The notes under the pieces were generated by a model. That model ran no database searches and was not told the origin of the DNA. It saw nothing but the letters and a program-made list of their open reading frames with translations. The position numbers and the translations under genes were made by a program. This document shows, piece by piece, positions 62,028 through 64,000 of a stretch of DNA of 64,000 nt. The stretch is from Armatimonadota bacterium (lineage in GTDB: Bacteria > Armatimonadota > Fimbriimonadia > Fimbriimonadales > Fimbriimonadaceae), in assembly GCA_016789105.1 (NCBI GenBank), contig JAEURN010000010.1, forward strand, positions 51,348 to 115,347, in the 5' to 3' direction. Position 1 is the stretch's first letter. Each line of letters opens with the position of its first letter.

Positions 62028-63281
62028 TCAGGCGAACTGGGCGAGGATCTCGGCCGTTTCGGCCACTGCCGCATCAAAAATTTCAAGTGCCTGAGTGATT
62101 TGCGCTTCACTGACCACCAGAGGCGGCTCCATGCGGATGACCCTCGGGTTGTTCAGCGTGTACGCCGCAATCATCCCGCGCTTGACCAACTGCCCGATGA
62201 CGAGTTCGCCGACTTCATCCATGGCGAATTCGACGCCAACCATCAGGCCCTGGCCGCGGACTTCTGAAATCAGTTCGTGTTTGGCGGCGACTTGCCTCAG
62301 GCCAGCCATCAGGGTCTCGCCTTTGGCTTGCGATTGCGCGACAAGGCCCTCTTCTTCGACCACTCGAATGGCAGCGAGCCCGGCGGCGCAGGCCAGCGGG
62401 TTCCCGCCGAACGTGGACGTGTGGGCCAACGGGTTTTGGCTGAAAACCGCTTCGCATACCGGCTGGGTGAAGCAGGTCGCCCCAATCGGCATGACCCCGC
62501 CGCCCAGGGCTTTGGCAAGGGTCATGATGTCCGGCCGGACACCTTCGTGCTCGCAGCCGAACATTTTGCCGGTTCGCCCGAACCCGGTTTGAACTTCGTC
62601 CACGATCAAGAGCGCCCCAACTTCGGTGCATCGATTGCGGATTGCTTGCAAATAGCCAGGCGGCGGGACATGGATGCCACCTTCCCCTTGCAGAGTTTCA
62701 ACAATGAATGCGGCGGTGGTCTCATCAATCTCCGCAGCGGCCGCCCCGGCATCGCCGTAAGGAACGAACACTGCCCCCGGCATCAGGGGCTCAAACGGCT
62801 TGCGGTACTTTTCTCGGCCCGTCACGCTCAGCCCGCCGATCGTTTTCCCGTGGTATCCGCCTTCGGTGCTCACGATTTTGCTGCGCTGGGTTGCCCCCTT
62901 GGCGAACTTGAGCGCCGCCTCCACGGCTTCGGCACCGCTGTTGCTAAAGAACGAGAATTGCAGCCCCTCCGGTGTGATCTCCGCTAGCTTGGCGGCAAGG
63001 TCGGCTTGATTTTTGCTGAAAAATGTTTTGCCGCTGAGAGGGATTTGGTCCAGCTGGTCTTTCACCGCCTGGATCACCGTCGGGTGCCGGTGGCCCAAGG
63101 AGTAAACGCCATAGCCACCGAGGAAGTCGAGGAATTCACGGCCTTCGTGATCCCGCAGGATGCACCCTTCAGCCTGAACTTCGACCCCGAATCCCGCAAA
63201 GTTCATCAGCCGGGCCAGGTAGGGGTTTATGTAGTCGGCATACTTCCCCACGACCTCGGTGTGGAGCGCATCGGCGTTCAT
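62028..63281 (-). CDS. Class-III PLP aminotransferase (putrescine/acetylornithine aminotransferase-like)
   Basis: DFLGGYGVYSLGH, NSGAEAVEAALK, YHGKT, VETLQGEGG, DEVQTGFGRTG, AKALGGG and STFGGNP motifs. Confidence 0.9.
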   Translation of the reverse strand: MNADALHTEVVGKYADYINPYLARLMNFAGFGVEVQAEGCILRDHEGREFLDFLGGYGVYSLGHRHPTVIQAVKDQLDQIPLSGKTFFSKNQADLAAKLAEITPEGLQFSFFSNSGAEAVEAALKFAKGATQRSKIVSTEGGYHGKTIGGLSVTGREKYRKPFEPLMPGAVFVPYGDAGAAAAEIDETTAAFIVETLQGEGGIHVPPPGYLQAIRNRCTEVGALLIVDEVQTGFGRTGKMFGCEHEGVRPDIMTLAKALGGGVMPIGATCFTQPVCEAVFSQNPLAHTSTFGGNPLACAAGLAAIRVVEEEGLVAQSQAKGETLMAGLRQVAAKHELISEVRGQGLMVGVEFAMDEVGELVIGQLVKRGMIAAYTLNNPRVIRMEPPLVVSEAQITQALEIFDAAVAETAEILAQFA

Positions 63282-63288
63282 AGCATGG

Positions 63289-63294
63289 ATTATA
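63289..63294 (-). promoter_or_regulatory. Consensus -10 box for the aminotransferase (leaderless)
   Basis: TATAAT on the minus strand, 7 nt before ATG 63281. Confidence 0.65.
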
Positions 63295-63338
63295 CGGTTG
63301 CAGCGCGGCGAAGGTTGGCCCGGCGGCGATCGATGGAA

Positions 63339-64000
63339 TTACTTGACGTTGAAGTACTTTGCCGCCGGATGGTGGACGATGATGGCGCTGGTGGACTGCT
63401 CCGGTTCGAGCATGAACTCTTCGCTGAGCTCGATCCCGATGTCTGCCGGTTGCAAAAGATCCATCAATAGGGTCTGGTCTTCCAGATTGGGGCAAGCCGG
63501 GTAACCGAACGAATAGCGCGACCCCTGGTACTTGGCCCCGAATAAGCCTTTTACATCCCCGGGGTCGTTGGCGCCGATGCCGAGTTCATGACGCATTTGT
63601 TTGTGCCAATATTCGGCCAGCGCTTCGGCCGTTTCGACACCCATGCCATGGGTGTAGAGGTACTCCTGATAATCGCCGGCGGCGAACTGGGCGCGTTCAT
63701 GTTCGCTGACAGCATGGCCGACCGTGACGATGCTGAACCCAACCACATCCATTTGCCCGCTTTCGATTGGAAGGAAGAAATCCGCGAGGCAAAGGCGTTT
63801 GCCGGCGCTTTGGCGGGGGAAGGTGAAACGGCACCGTTCAGTCGCCGCGTCTTCGTGGTAAAGGATTAGGTCGTTTCCTGAACTTTGCGCCCAAAAGTAA
63901 CCCCACTTGACGGCAGGACGGAGGACATTGGCTAATTCACGGCACTTCCGTTCGAAGATCGGGCGGACATTCATTTCGAGCCAGTCGTTGAACTGCGGAT
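63339..64000 (-). CDS. metH: B12-dependent methionine synthase, C-terminal activation domain (5' part outside the window)
   Basis: FTFPRQ, CLADFF, HGMGVETAEALAE, GSRYSFGYPACPNLEDQ and PEQSTSAI motifs; frame is open to the window edge. Confidence 0.92.
   Translation of the reverse strand, partial: PQFNDWLEMNVRPIFERKCRELANVLRPAVKWGYFWAQSSGNDLILYHEDAATERCRFTFPRQSAGKRLCLADFFLPIESGQMDVVGFSIVTVGHAVSEHERAQFAAGDYQEYLYTHGMGVETAEALAEYWHKQMRHELGIGANDPGDVKGLFGAKYQGSRYSFGYPACPNLEDQTLLMDLLQPADIGIELSEEFMLEPEQSTSAIIVHHPAAKYFNVK

Overview
A compact, GC-rich bacterial chromosome segment with about 59 protein-coding genes. I found no rRNA, tRNA, CRISPR array, transposase or phage gene. The pilin-like gene starting 'FTLIELLVVIAIIAILAAILFPVFAQAK' suggests phylum Armatimonadota (inference). 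Housekeeping genes include msrA, mutY, pyrF, ppk1, a Ppx/GppA-family gene, gmhA, surE, smc, gatB, guaB and the 3' end of metH. They are mixed with many secreted or lipoprotein genes: two NHL propellers, a cell-wall amidase plus GerMN protein, two M28 peptidases, an S9 peptidase and a DUF1592/DUF1552-type pair. The best candidate for an undescribed system is a four-gene unit at 58405-62021: small lipoprotein, LacI repressor, pilin-like protein and GH144-like glucanase. It is driven by a TTGTAA-N17-TATAGT promoter with a LacI-type palindrome inside the spacer, which suggests glycan capture or sensing by a pilin-like protein. Other highlights are a window-wide pattern of -10 boxes 6-7 nt before start codons (leaderless mRNAs) and a stand-alone lipoprotein resembling a polymorphic-toxin RNase domain. 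There are also several apparent pseudo-enzymes (ARH-like, ApgM-like, GH4-like, GGDEF-like), an FHA/PP2C pair with repeated Thr motifs, and a protein with 12 DxxGxDxY repeats plus HEAT repeats. All family assignments come from motif recognition by eye; no database searches were run. Many start coordinates were trimmed from the ORF track to the more plausible start codon.
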